A stretch of DNA of 64,000 nt from Malacoraja senta (taxonomy: Eukaryota), in assembly GCA_038087875.1 (NCBI GenBank), contig JAXLNO010000573.1, forward strand, positions 186,001-250,000, read 5' to 3'. The translations under genes and the position numbers were made by a program. The notes under the pieces are model-generated. The model was not told the DNA's origin and made no database searches. It saw only the letters and a list, made by a program, of their open reading frames with translations. Shown here piece after piece: positions 10,924-24,144 of the stretch (position 1 is its first letter; each line of letters begins with the position of its first letter).

Positions 10924-13261
10924 TCAGTATGGATAGAACTGAGGAATTGTAAGGGTAAAAATACCCTAATGGGAGTAATCTACAGGCCCCCAAACAGTAG
11001 CCTGGATATTGGGTGCAAGTTGAATCAAGAGTTTAAATTGGCATGTCGCAAAGGTAATGCTACAGCAGTTATGGGAGATTTCAACATGCAGGTCGACTGA
11101 AAAATCAGGTTGGTACTGAACCCCAAGAAAGGGAGTTTGTGGAGTACCTCTGAGATGGATTCTTAGAGCAGCTTGTACTGGAACCTACACTTGAAGACAG
11201 AAACGGGTAAATTTATTATGGGGAACAAGGAAATGGCAGAATAGTTTAACATGTACTTTGGATCTGTCTTCACTAAGGAAGATACAAACAATATCCCAGG
11301 TGTACTAGTGGCCAGAGGACCTAGGGTGACAGAGGAACTGAAGGAAATTCACATTAGGCAGGAAATGGTGTTGGGTAGACTGATGGGACTGAAAGCTGAT
11401 AAATCCCCAGGGCCTGATGGTCTACATCCCAGGGTACTTAAGGAAATGGCTCTAGAAATCGTGGATGCATTGGTGATCACAGGATCAGTTCCTGTGGATT
11501 GGAGGGTAGCTAATGTTATCCCACTTTTTAAGAAAGGAGGGAAAAAGAAAACAGGGGATTATAGACCAATTAGCCTGACATCGGTGTTGGGGAAGATGCT
11601 GGAGTCAATCATAAAAGATGAAATAGCGACACATTTGGATAGCAGTAACAGGATCGATCCAAGTCAGCATGGATTTACGAAGGGAAAATCATGCTTGAAT
11701 AATCTTCTGGAATTTTTTGAGGATGTAACAAGAAAAATGGGCAAGGGAGAGCCCGTGGATGTAGTGTACCTGGACTTTTAGAAAGCCTTTGATAAGGTCA
11801 CACAGGAGATTAGTGGGCAAAATTAGAACACATGGTATTGGGGGTCGGGTACTTACATGGATAGAAAATTGGTTGGCAGACAGGAAACAAAGAGTATAGA
11901 TTAACGGGTCCCTTTCAGAATGGCAGGCAGTGACTAATGGTGTATCGCAATGCTCGGTGCTGGGACTGTAGCTATTTACAATATACATTAATGATTTAGA
12001 TGATGGGATTATAAGTAACATTAGCAAATTTGCAGATGACACAAAGCTGGGTGGCAGTGTGAACTGTGAGGAGGATGCTATGAGGATGCAGGGTGACTTG
12101 GACAGGTTGGGTGAGTGGGCAGATGCATGGCAGAAGCAGTATAATGTGGATAAATGTGAGGTTATCCACTTTGGTGGCAAGAACAGGAAGGCAGATTATG
12201 ATCTGAATTATGTCAAGTTAGGAAAAGGGGAAGTACAGCGAGATCTGGGTGTGCTTGTTCATCAGTCACTGAAAGTAAGCATGCCGGTACAGCAGGCAGT
12301 GAAGAAAGCTAATGGCATGTTGGCTTTCATGACGATAGGAGTTGAGTATAGGAGTAAAGAGGTCCTTCTGCAGTTGTACAGGGCCCTAGTGAGACCACAC
12401 CTGGAGTATTGTGAGCAGTCTTGGTCTCCAAATTTGCAGAAGGCCATTCTTGCTATTGAGGGAGTGCAGCGTAGGTTCACGAGGTTCACGGGATGGCGGA
12501 ACTGTCATATGTTGAAAGAATGGAGTGACTGAGCTAGTATGCACTGAAATTTAGAAGGATGAGAGGTTATCTTATTGAAACATATAAGATTATTAAGGGA
12601 TTGGACATGCTAGAGGCAGGAAATATGTTCCCGATGTTGTGGGAGTCCAGAACCAGGGGCCACAGTTTAAGAATAAGGGGTAGCCCATTTAGAATGTAGA
12701 TGAGGAAAAACTTGTTCACCCAGGGAGTTGTGAATCTGTGGAATTCTCTGCCTCAGAAGGCAGTAGAGGTCAATTCTCTGGATGCTTTCAAGAGAGAGTT
12801 AGATAGAGCTCTTAAAGATAGCATAGTCAAGGGATATGGGGAGAAGGCAGGAACGGGGTACTGATTGTGGATGATCAGCCAAGATCAAAGTGAATGGCGG
12901 TGCTGTCTCGAAGGGCCGACTGGCCTACTCCTGCACCTATTGTCTATTGCCTATTGTCTATTAATGCAACTAATCTCATTCAGCTGAGTACCTATTCAAC
13001 AGCTACAAAGCCCCACCAGATCCATTTAAAAGGATAGGAGAGGTTTGGAGGGATATGGGCACTAGCTTGGATGGGACATCTTAGTCGGCATGGACTAGTT
13101 TGGACAAAGGGCCTATTTCCATACTCTGACTCTATGACACTATGATCATCAACAATTTAAAAAACTATCACAAAACGATCTGGTGCCCAGAGACAATGCC
13201 TACAGATATTGATGCAGTATTTGCCAAAGGACTTTGTTACAACCTCAAGCCCTGTGCCTAA

Positions 13262-13613
13262 AGGGCCTGTCCCACTGTACGAGGTAATTCACGAGTTCTC
13301 CCGAGTTTTCCCCTGATTCAAACTCGGAGAATGTCCGTAGCGGGTCCGTAGGAGTTTGTGGATGTCTCGTAGCGGCTCGTACGAGTAACAGTAGGTACTC
13401 GGGAAATCCGGTAAACTCGTGATGTTTTTTTCAACACTGTGAAAAATGTCCACGAGTAAAAAAATACTCGTGATGAATTGTTACTTTTGACTCGTATGAG
13501 CCGCTACGAGACATCCACGAACTCCTACGGACCGCTACGGACATTCTCCAAGTTCGAATCAGGGGAAAACTCGGGAGATCTCTTGAATTACCTCGTACAG
13601 TGGGACAGGCCCT
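13262..13613. mobile_element. PIF/Harbinger-like MITE with long (~125 bp) inverted arms
   Basis: Starts AGGGCCTGTCCCACTGTACGAGGTAATTCA, ends TGAATTACCTCGTACAGTGGGACAGGCCCT; flanks TAA / TCA. Confidence 0.88.
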
Positions 13614-14124
13614 TCAACCAATATAGGGTTCTTATATAGGGATACTTGAGTGGATGTTTACCTTTATCTACAAAGTGAATAGGAGAATGAATGGAGGACA
13701 TGCTGAATACAGACAAAGTTTGATGGCGGAGAGAGAAAAGGAGTCATATTCACCCAGGGTGTTTTGGAAGCAATTTTCTGACCTGAAGCTCTGAGATAAA
13801 CTATGTGTGAGGGTGCTTAGCTTTCCTGGGAATGTGAGGTCTTCCTCGGTTAAAACGTTCACCAGTTTTAGTCACAACTCAAGTCCTAGAGAAGGCTAAT
13901 ATGATCAATACCAGTGGTTGCCAAGTAATTATCAACCATTATTTTGAGTTTGTTTTAAACTGGATTTGGAGAATTTTGTGAAATCTTAGTTTGCCTTCCA
14001 CTATTACATAAGTGAAGTCACAAATATCTCTAAAGTGTAAAGATTTTAAGTGACTGGTTTCTGAGAGGTTGTTCTACCACCCAACATCAAGCTCAGGTTC
14101 TCTCATGCATCCCACCTGTTCCAT

Positions 14125-14628
14125 TTAGAGAGCGCGGGAGGGGGGGAGAGAAGGGTAGAGAAGGGGAAGAGAAGGGAAGAGAGAAGGGGGTAGAGAAAGG
14201 GGGAGAGAAGGGGAGAGAAGTGGGGTGAAGGGAAGAGAAGGGGGGGGGGAGAAGGAGTGGAGACAGTTGTAAGAAGTTTAATAAAGTTAGCGGGCATTTT
14301 ACCTTCCGGTAGGTCCTTCTAGGTCATGAAAACTCCAATGAGCCAATCAAAATGTCCGGTCAGCGAAGGAGATTGCCTTCGACTGCCTGTAAGTAAATAG
14401 CGACCCCACTCCACTGGCTTCGACCAAACAGCAACCTATTTTTAGTCGAGGCCGGCTTTGATTTTGTTGAAATAATCGAAGGAACATAGAAGAAACCTCA
14501 ACCATGTGGAAACCACTTTCGACCATTAGGGAGAGTGACCAAAATCTCCGGGAACCACATGGAAACCTTGGGTGGGGCGCAAGGTCACTAGAGGTTTTCG
14601 TTCAGGTTTCCTAAGTGGGACAGGGGCA
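14125..14628. mobile_element. Truncated Harbinger-like non-autonomous element (right TIR only)
   Basis: Ends cctaagtgggacaggggca + TTA; purine-rich tract and ccaatgagc motif shared with the element at 58874-60993; no left TIR seen. Confidence 0.6.
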
Positions 14629-14631
14629 TTA

Positions 14632-14960
14632 GATTTTAGAGATACAGCGCAGAAACCGGCCTTTCAACCCACCGAGTCCGCACCGACCAGCTATCATCTC
14701 GTACACAAACCTACACACCTGGGCCAATTTTACAATGTTTGCAACTTACCAAAGCCAAATAACCTACAAACTTAAACGTATTTGGAGTGTGGGAGGAAAC
14801 CGGAGCACCCTGAGAAAACCTACATGGTCACAGGGAGAACATACAAACCCCGTATAGACAGCATCCATAGTCAGGATCGAACCTGGATCTCTGGCGTTCT
14901 AAGGCAGCAACTCTATCGCTAACCCGAATCTGTTCAAGGACAGACTGCTGCACCACTGTT
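14632..14960 (-). mobile_element. HE1-like tRNA-derived SINE
   Basis: tgtgggaggaaaccggagcacc core, aggatcgaacc (reverse box B), reverse-complement 3' tail. Confidence 0.75.
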
Positions 14961-16611
14961 GAATACTTGTAAGCCCATTTGGATGTTGATGTTCAAAGCT
15001 GTGATGACAGCAGACTGAGCTTTCAGACATTTCATGGCTTGTGCTGCAAGTAAAAGTGGGGCATTGGGCATCCGAGATTTTACCACAGTTGAGTCCCTGT
15101 GTGTTCATTAACATACAGGCATTCAATAGTGGTAAAATCTCTGTTGCCCAATGCCCCACTTTTCCTTGGTGATGGTGAGTTACTCGCCATTTCCATGCTG
15201 GAAAGAATGGTCTTCGGGTTCTGCTCTGAGTCTCCTGTCGAGTCAATGGTGCATCTACGAATCCTCCACACAAGCTTAATGGCTACCTACTAAATGCATC
15301 AAGAATTTCATTCTGTATTTCCTCAACTTATTTAGTTGTCTATTTCAGTCACCATTAGATGTACATTGCTTGGCTACACATAATATATACCTTAATAATC
15401 TTGAAAATCACATTCACATCAGTTAACCGAAGGAAAATCTTAAATGGATATTCACATGATTCATTGAACAGCGTTATAATGTGCCTAAACCTTTAAACTT
15501 CGAACAACTGCACTTGCAATGAAATATGTGTTCCCATTGTAGCTTAATCTGAAAAAATACAGTTAGTTTTTTTCAAAATGCTTTCCTCTTTCTGAGGACG
15601 AGCTGTTATTAAAATGATTGGTGCAAATTGAACACCAGCACTTTGGAGTTACTTGTACCTATTCTTCATTTACATTTTGTGGTCTACAACAATCTATACA
15701 GTAGACTGAAAGAATCATAAGATGTTACTGGTTTGTTAATTAACGAGCCTAACTGTGGATACTTGCAAATGTACAGTAAAAACAAAAGAATCCTTCAGGC
15801 ATGATTTTTGCTTGGCATTGCTTTTCTTTATCCATGATATTATTCCTGAAGACACTGTTGTTTGATTTGCTGGGTTTCTGTAAAGTCTTCTGGTACACTT
15901 GTGCAATTTGTATGCTAATTCAGTTCTGGCAGCCATTGCAAAAGTCACCGGTATTTACTTTGTGGCGCCGAGCAGTGGATGAGGATATATGGAGATTAGT
16001 GATTCTCATAATTTTCAAATCAAGTTTTAACTTTGAAAGCAGCAAAAAAAGCCCCAAGACACCAGAAATCAAACAGTGACAGGAAATACTGGAAGTGCTC
16101 AGATGTTCAAAAATAAAATAATAAGCATGTTGGACAATCTCCTCAGATCAGGCAGCATCTGTGAAGGGAACATATTAGATGTGCTTTAGCCAAGAAGTCC
16201 ACATTTAAAATGTTAATTCACTCGTTTTTTTCTGCTTGATGGAAATGTTCAACAAAAAGAAGAATATTAAAACGTTGTCAAATATTTCTCTGTAATGACA
16301 GCATAATTTTAACTGGCATGCACACCAGAACCGTTACATATTATAAAAATGTCTTTCTTGACAGAGACCTAGTAAATCTATTAAAAAAGAAGCAAAAGCA
16401 TTACCAATCACTAAAGGCACCACCATCACTTTCTGAATAAACAGACATCCAACTGTCTCAGGAAGCTGTTGTCTTGTCAGTGGTTATTTTTATATCAAAA
16501 CGAAGAATACAACAGTCCATTTAGTGTCAATTTTTAGAAAACTGTGTGAAGGAGTCTGACAAAATTTATTGTACTTATGCAAAAGTAATTTGGGGAAAAT
16601 TATAATGATTC

Positions 16612-17164
16612 TTTTCTTTCTTTTAAAATCTTTTTATTCTTTTTTTTTCAAAAACAAAAACAAAACAACAAAAGAATAATGATAAACATAACAATGATAT
16701 TGATACATAGGGAACAGGATTACATTAATAACAGGTATAACATAAATATGAGTCCAGTGCCAAAATACACATTGAATATAGACCTCCTGGTCTCTATGTA
16801 AATATAGTTAAATGTTTAAAAGAAAACATATATATTTTTTTTTAAAGATAAAAAGAAAAAAAAGAAAAAAAAGAAAAAAAAGAGAAAAAAGGAAAAAACA
16901 AAACCTCCCTAAACTAGAAAAAAAAAAGCAAAACAGAATCTGGGCTGCAAAGAATTTCACAGTCCCTGTTTATCATCAAGTCCGTTCCACCATATAAATG
17001 TAAAATAATTATTATAACGGTTGGAGAGGGGACAATTTATGTTGTGTGAAAGTGTTGAATAAATCTTCCCCAAGTCCTATTAAATTTAACCAAGGGTTCA
17101 ACAATGTCACTCCTAATGTTTTCTAAATTTAAACATGATATCGTTTCAGAGTACCAATGGAGTG
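16612..17164 (-). mobile_element. 5'-truncated L1 (ORF2 C-terminus, 3' UTR, A tail), different subfamily from 1-3358
   Basis: Minus translation HWYSETISCLNLENIRSDIVEPLVKFNRTWGRFIQHFHTT* resembles the L1 ORF2 end; 11-bp TSD TATAATGATTC at 16601-16611 and 17165-17175. Confidence 0.85.
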
Positions 17165-17246
17165 TATAATGATTCATTTATAGGTTGTCCTTCATAGAAT
17201 CGGTTTTATATTTCATTGTGACATGTCTGAGTATTTTTCATTTAAG

Positions 17247-18513
17247 TATTGATTGATTGATTGATTGAAAGATACAGAATAGACTCGGCCCTTCGGCCTG
17301 CAGAGTCCACACCGACCATTAATCACTGATTCACACATAACAATAATGTCACGAAGGACAATTTCAGTGGCTAATTGACTTCCAAACCCACACGTCAGTG
17401 TTGTGGGAGGAAACTGAAGCACCCAGATGAAACCCATAATTTCACAGGAAGAAAGTGAAAACTCCACACAGGCAGCACCCGAGTTCAGGATTGAACCCAA
17501 GACCCGCAAACACTCAGCATAGGAGCACCGCAAGGCTGCATACTCTCTCCTCTCCTCTACTCTCTCTACACCAACGACTGCACCTCCACAGACACCTCTG
17601 TCAAGCTTCTCAAGTTTGCGGACGACACAACCCTGATTGGACTGATCCAGGATGGGGAGGAATCTGCCTACAGACAGGAAGTGTCACAGCTGGCGTCCTG
17701 GTGCCGTCGCAACAACCTGGAGCTCAATGCTCTTAAGACAGTGGAATTGATTGTAGACTTTAGGAGAGCTCCCCCTTACCTCACCCCACTCACCATTAAC
17801 AACACCACAGTCACATCTGTGGAGTCTTTTAAGTTCCTGGGAACCATCATCTCCAAGGACCTTAAGTCGGGGGCTACCATCGACTCCACAGTCAAAAAGG
17901 CACATCAGAGGATGTACTTCCTAAGGCAGCTGAGGAAGCACAATCTGCCACAGGCAATGATGGTCCAATCCTACACGTCCATCGTAGAGTCTGTCCACAC
18001 CTTCTCCATCATGGTCTGGTTTGGCTCAGCCACCAAGCACGGCACCTGGAGGCTGCAGCAAATCATCCGATCAGCAGAGAAGGTTATTGGCTGCAACCTT
18101 CCCTCCATTGATGAACTGTACACTGCAAGGGCCAGGAAGCGAGCGGGCAAGATCACCTCTGACCCCTCTCACCCTGCCCACAAACTCTTTGAATCACTTC
18201 CCTCTGGAAGGCGACTCTGGACTGTCAAAGCTGCCACATCCAGACATAAAAACAGATTTTATCCTACTCCAGCCAAAAATCTGTAGCCTCCCTTTGATCT
18301 GGTATGTTGTTGGTTCACATGCTTGATCAATGGTGTTTTATCATTAATGTTTTATTATTATTAATGTTTAGTGTTTTCTGAGTCATTCGTAACTGTCACT
18401 GTATGTCATGTTTTTACTTGTGGGCAGATCACCAAGGCAAATTCCTTGTATGTGAATACTTGGCCAATAAACTTACTTACTTACTTACTTACAGCTGTGC
18501 CACTGTGCTGTCG
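17247..18513 (-). mobile_element. HE1-like SINE interrupted by the Rex1/Babar LINE
   Basis: (gatt)n tail at 17247, core gtgggaggaaactgaagcacc, reverse box B ggattgaacc; head resumes at 18491 (acagctgtgccactgtgctgtc). Confidence 0.65.
17502..18490 (+). mobile_element. 5'-truncated Rex1/Babar-type LINE; RT frame open from ~17501 to 18286
   Basis: GAPQGCILSPLLYSLYTNDC..KFADDTTLIGLI..NNLELNALKTVELIVDFRR..FKFLGTIIS..DPSHPAHKLFESLPSGRR; AATAAA(CTTA)n tail. Confidence 0.88.
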
Positions 18514-19741
18514 TGTTAATAACCAGCTGCGATAGTCAGAACAGGGTCTCTTTTGACATAATAGGCATGACGTTCCTGCTGGAGATCCACATCCTAGACT
18601 CACATTTATCTTCTGGGGATAAGATAGTTCTGTAATTTAAATTGCAGCAATTAAAGCACTGAACTGACTGATTCTTGACAAACAAAACCACATTCCAGCT
18701 TTTGGCACCTTTAATTATAGTCCCACCAACTGATCTATCTCTGCTTTCTGAACTAGCATTTTCTTCTCTTATTTCTTGCTGGTCATCCCTCCATGGACTG
18801 ATTAACACACAAACTGTTGATGGTGGATTCCACTGAATCAGGTAATTCTGGAATTGATGAAATATTGCAATGTAATTTGTATGGATGTAAACTGCAGCCA
18901 TGTTAGCACAGTGAAGAAGGTCCTGAATATCTACGATTGGGGATACGGTACAAAACAAATGGGCTTGTGTGTCCTGGATGATGTTGATCTTCTTAAAATG
19001 TTGCTAAAATGTCACTCATCTGGACACATGGAGAATATCCTTTTATACTCTGAGCGTGTGCTTTGCAGGTTCTTATCCCTGGGAACATTCCGTTGAGTCA
19101 TTTGCCACAAACAAAATCTGCCTCCCATCTGGTTCATCCACAGTTAGAAAGTGGTCAACAGGTCTGTCTGGTCTTTGCAGAAATGGTGGGGAACAAAGTG
19201 GTTTACAGGAAGGAGAGACTAAAAGAAATTAGTACTGGCAAAGTACTACCAGAGAAATTAATGGCATCGAAATCTCTGGAGTTTGATCATTTATATCTTA
19301 GATAACTAGATAAACAGCCATGGAAATAGGAGATGCATTGATAGTTAGCTTACAAACTTTTAACAAATTATTGAATAGTTTCTGCAGGTTGAGATGGGAG
19401 AGAGGTGGTTGTGTGAGTGAATGTATCCCCATTACTGAAGAAAGGGATATAGAGGACAGAAAACTATTGATAGTTAGTCTAATTTCAGTGGTAGGAAAAA
19501 TGCCAAAATCTATTATAATAGAAAATAGTAAGATTAAACGAGAACTTACCAGTTTGAAGTTTGATCTTTATTTTATGAGGAGTAACGTTGAGGGATTACG
19601 TGAAGACCCCGCCAGCACGCATGCGTCAATCTTCAAAGCAGCGGTGTGAAATCACAGACAACAATTATTGAACTAAACTTAGTAAGATAAGAGAAACTAG
19701 AATGCCAGTTGACCTTTATGATAAAGGGTGGGCGTGGAGGG

Positions 19742-19854
19742 CACGTAATCCCTCAACGTTACTCCTCATAAAATAAAGATCAAACTTCAAACTGGTAAGT
19801 TCTCGTTTAATCTTACTATTTTACTTCGGAGTCACGTGAGTGACTACGTGAAGA
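19742..19854. repeat. DIRS internal complementary region (ICR)
   Basis: 19742-19822 is the exact reverse complement of 19522-19602; 19823-19854 is the reverse complement of 24106-24137 with one mismatch. Confidence 0.93.
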
Positions 19855-20074
19855 TTTTAAAGCTCTGTGATTTCATGCCGTGGAAACGAGTCCAGGCGTC
19901 ATACACTGCATCAGTAGGCCAATGATGAGTGAACATTAATAATGCATTCAGACATGACATAGATATGGACATGTTGATGCTATTAATGAACAATAGTGGC
20001 AATAGTAACCTCCCTCAACCAGGAGGAAGTTATGAAACAGACCTAACATAGAGTTGGCAAATATCCCCGATCTG

Positions 20075-20900
20075 GCAATGGGTTTATTCTGAATATTTGG
20101 ACAGATCGTTAGTTTAACCATCCTGCAGCCGCTAGGATATAGTCCATAACCCTGCTGCTGAGGTGTTGCGGTCCTGTTGGAGTGAGACTCAAAATGTCAA
20201 TGTTCACTCCTGTATAAGCCAGACCCATTTAACCCCCTGGAGAAGGTCTGTAGTGATACCTTCTAACGAGGTTTTATGTAACTAACAATATTGCTAGTCA
20301 GAGTCTATAAGGCTCTTAGGGACCTTGACATACTGGTGTAGATGCGTGATCACACACAACCCAAGGTCCATGGGATGTGCAACATCTAGTTTGGTCTATG
20401 TCCCTGTCTACTCTGCTTGACTTAATCATAAACATAACATGTTATTATTGCCCGCAGATATGATCATCCTATCCAGTGTAGCAATGACTGGACCCGTTGC
20501 GCTGTACTCAGCGCCATGGCATAACCACTAGTAAGTGATTTTGACCAAGGACAGGGATGTTGTTGGAGCCCATCAGCGAAGTGACGTCGCACAATGTTAA
20601 CAACCCATATCTCTGCGTCCCTAGGCCTGGGAGGTTTTATGTTGACGATACCCTTCATAATCTAGATGTCAGAGGGTGAGACCTGACAGAGTGGTTTCTG
20701 TTCCCCGCAACCAAATGATGAGGAGGTACTTCAGGCACAGTAAATGGAACTTTAACTTAATGCTATAAAATGCCATATAAACTGAATTTCAAGGCGTCAG
20801 TCATCCGTGCCAAGTTAAATGTAAATAAGTATAAACAATACCTCCCATCTCCTTATGAGGAATGCTGCTATTTGGTGCTATCCCTGCAATCTGCAGTGAG
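20075..20900 (-). pseudogene. DIRS tyrosine recombinase remnant
   Basis: MKGIVNIKPPRPRDAEIW, MALSTAQRVQSL (first catalytic Arg box), LCVITHL, HSNR (HxxR), ILAAAGW; frameshifts and stops; boundaries approximate. Confidence 0.8.
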
Positions 20901-21019
20901 CACTTCCAAGTCTTTTGATTAAACAACCCGAGCCACAGGAATGGTCTCTCAAAGTCTGCAAGTCAATGAATTGATATATCATGCAGAGGATGGTTTCCAC
21001 ATCACAGCTGAACCAGCAA

Positions 21020-22300
21020 TTTTTTATGTCCAGAAATAACCATGTAAGGTTTTATGATCATTCCCCACATCAGCGGGAACCATGGGTATATAAACCAGGC
21101 AGGCACTACAAAGCGGGAAGCTTGCTGAATTTTGCAAGACCCATCTAATTAGGCCAAATGGAGGAAGACATAAAAGAACATTCCTCCCTAGTGTAACGAG
21201 AAGGCACCCATCGCCATTGATATGCCTCGTATTTTCTGCAATTGGTGAATGAGCCTGGATGCAAACATCTCGATCGTTAGTGTTCCATCGAGCCACAAAG
21301 TCATTAAATACTTTGTGATCGCACATCCATTCTGTGTTGGCATTGATTTTACATGATAATACACCAGTGCTAAATGCGGTTAGGTAAACTATCACCGGAT
21401 ACTTTGATTTGATTGCACCCTTGTGATTAACATATACCACCACCAAAGTATATCACCTGGGACGTGTGGATGCAGATTATGCATATTCACACACCCTTTA
21501 ATGTACAGAATGCACCTGGTGTCCATTGGCAGTTGATACCATAACTGAACAATTGATAACTCATGCTAATCCCATCTGCCTCCGTAACTAGAGATGGTAT
21601 TAGTAATTTTCCATCTTTGAGTAATAGCATCAGTTTGGAATTGACTGAAGATTTACGGATGAAAGGTTTAATGGAGCAACGCTGAATACTGTTTCATCCA
21701 CCATTGTGACTTTGATAGTTTCAGCTGGGAATAGCAGAGGTCTAATCTTTTGTCTCAGAGCGGAGTCCCAGACAAATGAATGGATTAATTGTATCCCAAT
21801 AATCAATAATTTCAGTTGGTGTCAACTTAACTTGAATTTAACTGGACGGATGAGAAACCCAATTTCTCAAATATAGCTATGTGGCTGATAAGGCTAATTT
21901 AGCAAAATACAGTATGTTCAATATCATCCAGGTTGGCCATAACACTTGTTTGTTTGCTCTGTGCAGTCGAAGCACTGATTGTAGTGATTTGGTAAATAAC
22001 CTGGGAGCTGAAGTTAGCCCATTTTGCAACTCTTCTGAGTGTATCATTGCCTCATCCAGCTAAATTTCAAATATCTCCGAAGCCTGTGAGCGGAAATGAT
22101 CACATGGAAGTTATTCAGAAATGTCTATACTGCACATGCGGGTTGAAGCTGTTGACAATGAACAGTCCACATCTCCCATAATTGCGAGGCTGCCTTGAAA
22201 GGCAACTCCAACCATACATGCTAATCTCATGTTATCCCAAACCAGTATAAATATTCAAACCAGTGTAAATATTACCAACTTGTATCCGTGACAGGAGGCA
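21020..22300 (-). pseudogene. DIRS RT / RNase H / methyltransferase-like remnant
   Basis: NGLTSAPRLFTKSL, ANLDD (from YLDD, ~21925-21940), QTDA..RW, VVYVNHKG, LPPFGLIRWVLQ; multiple disruptions. Confidence 0.8.
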
Positions 22301-24144
22301 TCATCGATGTGGCTCCATACCTTCACACCGCCGGATGGGGAACTTCCAGGAGTTGCCTCAATCAGCTTCATCCTTCCACATCCGAATGGGAGGACTTATG
22401 CAACCCGACCCAGGAGCTGCCTCAACCATGTGTGCATGATTTTTGTACCTTCTGCTCCTGGGAGGTAGAGGAGCTTGAGTACGGGGTTGGCGCATCTTCC
22501 AGGAAGGCCGTTCTGGGCCATGGCCTGAAAAAGACCTTTGTCCTGGTTGTATGGCCTTCAAGCTTTCACCAGCTTCAGTGTATCGTGGTTTGCTGGTGGG
22601 TGCATAGGGGTGCTGCCGCCGGAGATGTGAGGTCTTGCCTGATGATGTGGCCTTCATGAGCCCGACAGCCCTCATCGAGCTTCTTGACCTGTTTCAACAG
22701 GTTGCCCCCAAATGGCAATATCAGTGGTTATGTGTTACTGGTCTTACACAGTCCTGCAAATTTGGGGTCCCCAGATAGCTGTTCACCGCAGGGACACTGA
22801 GAGAAACACAGTTCCCTGGTGCTGGGTATTTGGTAGTTGTCATTCACAGCCTGGTCCTGCTACTGGTTGTGTTGTTCCAGCACCCCCAGCACACTTGTGG
22901 TGTCTTCAGCCAAACCCCTGTCTTCAGAGTCAGCCCAGAAGTGACTCCTAATGCTCCCCTCTGTCGAGGGAGATGCATTATGCAGCACTCTATAAGGTGC
23001 TGCCATGGGCGTCCTAGGACCCCATGGTGACTAGACTCCATATACCGGAGCATGTCACGTTGGAGCATCTGCTCCATCAACCGCTCCATGCGGGATATGC
23101 GATCACAGTCACTGCCCGCCGGCGGTGAGTCTTCACAGCCCGACTCGTCCGAGCCTTCGGGCCTGTCCGACTTCTGCTAGGCCTTCCCGCCAGTCTGTGG
23201 TGTCGATTCGGACTGTGCAGGTGCCAGGTCGGAGACTGCTGATCGAATAGCGATCCAGGTGCAGCCGACCGCTGCTGACTGCCCGCACTTCCGCGGTCCT
23301 CCACAGTCAGTCTGGATGCGGTCCATTTGGACAGTCCATGGTTCCTTTCCTGTAACACAATTCTCACAGAAAATAGAACAAAATGACCTTAGAGTAAAGA
23401 ATTTACCTGCAGGTCCTGAACCTTCTGCTGGGGGGGCAACGCCCCTCCCCCCCCCCCTCCCCGAGCTTAGTCTCGTGGTCCCTGTAGAAGGGCTTCCCCG
23501 CGATATTCATTGTCGGGTTTTTCTCACCCGAGCTTGGTATTCCTGTTGTAGCTATAGCCGGGATTTCCTCCGCGGTCCCTTATAGAAGGGCTTCTCCGCG
23601 ATGTTTACAGTCGGGGCTCCCCCCCCCCCCCCCCCCGCGAGCTGGGTTTCCCCGCATTAACTGCAGCCGGGATATCCCCGCGGTCCCTATAAAAGTGAAT
23701 GCCGTGATATACATAGTCGGGGGGTATCCCCGCTGTGTTTGTCCAGTTGCCACCGGCACCAGTATGAAGCCGCTGGCTCCACCGCCAGCGGCTCGAAAGG
23801 CGAATTCACCGCCGCCCGCTACCCGCATTCCGCGGTCTTCCAATTGGGTTCCCTTGGTCCGTGGGCGGGATTCCCCGAGATCGTGACCGGGATTCCCTGT
23901 AGTCCGTGACTGGGGTTCCCCCCTCCGTCCGGACTTCGCCCCGGACTTTAGCAGGACCTCTAAGTAGAGGTTCCTGCAAGAAGACATAACCTGGAAAAAG
24001 TTTAAAAACCTACCTTCAGGTCTGACCGCTGGCAGGAGCATCATGCCCCCCCGCCAGTCGTACACAATGCGATAGACGATATGACACGCATGCGTGCTGG
24101 CGGGGTCTTCACGTAGCCACTCACGTGACTCCGAAGTAAAATAG

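Larger units (their letters stand above)
10387..12962 (+). mobile_element. CR1 LINE with internal deletion, carrying two nested insertions (10438-10577, 10604-10923)
   Basis: Removing the inserts gives LMIRNEIQSLARDDIESGDVESVWIELRN..GVIYRPPN..MGDFN (APE endonuclease), then KSPGPDGLHP, YRPISLTS, QHGF, VYLDF, FADD (~12029), LVRPHLEY; (tattgtc)n tail. Confidence 0.92.
19522..24144 (-). mobile_element. DIRS1-type tyrosine-recombinase retrotransposon, full length by termini, ORFs decayed
   Basis: 30-bp perfect inverted repeat (19597-19626 / 24086-24115); internal complementary region 19742-19854; minus-strand remnants of RT, RNase H, MT-like and YR domains. Confidence 0.92.

Noticed and set aside
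13262..13613. Long palindrome as a possible miRNA gene or CRISPR-like repeat
   Set aside because: Explained by MITE TIRs with related copies in the window; no repeat-spacer array
14130..14265. Polypurine tract and the Pro/Ser/Leu ORF opposite it
   Set aside because: Low-complexity interior of a MITE-like element; similar tract at 60505-60550
16812..16997. Lys/Arg-rich 61-aa ORF
   Set aside because: Antisense reading of the T-rich L1 3' UTR
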